Of a DNA stretch of 64,000 nt, positions 63,537-64,000 are shown piece after piece (position 1 is the stretch's first letter; each line of letters starts with the position of its first letter). This DNA comes from Paraspadella gotoi. Lineage: Eukaryota > Animalia > Chaetognatha. Position numbers and translations under genes: made by a program. The notes under the pieces are model-generated. The model ran no database searches. It had not been told where the DNA came from and saw only the letters and a list, made by a program, of their open reading frames with translations. Where the stretch lies: NCBI GenBank assembly GCA_051294375.1, contig JBJCIZ010000239.1, positions 7,006,852-7,070,851 on the forward strand, given 5' to 3'.

Positions 63537-63713
63537 CATTGGAGATGAGGGTTCGCGAGCTGAAGGAGAGGCAGGAGGAAGAGGAAGAGTGAGAGGAGAA
63601 TAAAAAATATATAATCCGAGGTGAAAAAAAGAAGAAATTTTCTCTCGCTTTTTATTTTATAAGAATGCGGGGGGGGGAAAAGAAAAGANNNNNNNNNNNN
63701 NNNNNNNNNNNNN

Positions 63714-63751
<38 letters not shown>

Positions 63752-64000
63752 ATTCTCTCTCTCCCTCCCTCCCTTTACCTTCAACACTAGTTGTGCGTCG
63801 GGTCCAATCCACGTAAGTTGGAATGAAGGATTTCCGGTTACTTTGCCATGGAGGATGAGGGTTCGCGAGCTGCAAGGAGGAGGAGGAGAGAGGAAGAGGA
63901 GGAGGAGAATAAAATATAAATCCGAGGTGAAAAAAGAAAGAAAAATTCTTCTCTCGCTTTTTATTTTATTAAGAATGGCGGGGGGGGGGTGAAAAGAAAG
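61356..64000 (-). repeat. Fold-back inverted copy of ~58780-61340, with a local repeat around the 63689 gap; includes Ig exon C at 63779-63869
   Basis: Turnaround ctctctctcgtc|agagagag at ~61355; reverse-complement match of the unique spacers. Confidence 0.92.

Noticed and set aside
176-63787. Numerous ORFs rich in SLSLSL, RERERE, FIYLFIY or poly-X
   Set aside because: Translations of (CT)n, (GA)n or (TTTA)n tracts and N-gaps; no coding complexity.

Overview
Eukaryotic (probably invertebrate animal) draft-assembly sequence: AT-rich, saturated with (CT)n/(GA)n microsatellites, error-prone (many indels) and broken by nine N-gaps, five of them exactly 25 N. Only about 29-30 kb is unique. The block starting at 15833 is repeated almost base-for-base at 31984 and partly at 53361. 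Noisy inverted (fold-back) copies occur at 2829-4075, 31288-31958, 46725-53335 and 61356-64000, with most junctions in CT/GA tracts. I read these as assembly or amplification artefacts, not gene-family expansion. Nearly all ORFs in the supplied track are microsatellite translations. The real coding content is small spliced exons. Five + strand exons (17515-26209) encode two I-set-like Ig domains ending in a hydrophobic VVVLSAS. A - strand series (14355 down to 1794) starts with a phase-matched transmembrane exon and continues into a Gly/His/Pro-rich cytoplasmic tail. Together they look like one type I Ig-superfamily membrane protein split across strands, most likely by a mis-oriented contig. 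Weaker exon candidates on the opposite strand suggest an interleaved antisense gene. Other items: two CCA-ended, 5'-truncated tRNA copies (Leu 3' half, Lys-CTT) linked by a shared 40-bp motif; a ~265-nt hairpin-dense element ending in T6; a MITE family with a degenerate telomere-like interior; a 157-bp palindrome; several minisatellites. No novel system is proven. The best leads are the strand-split gene, the structured element and the tRNA-fragment/motif association.
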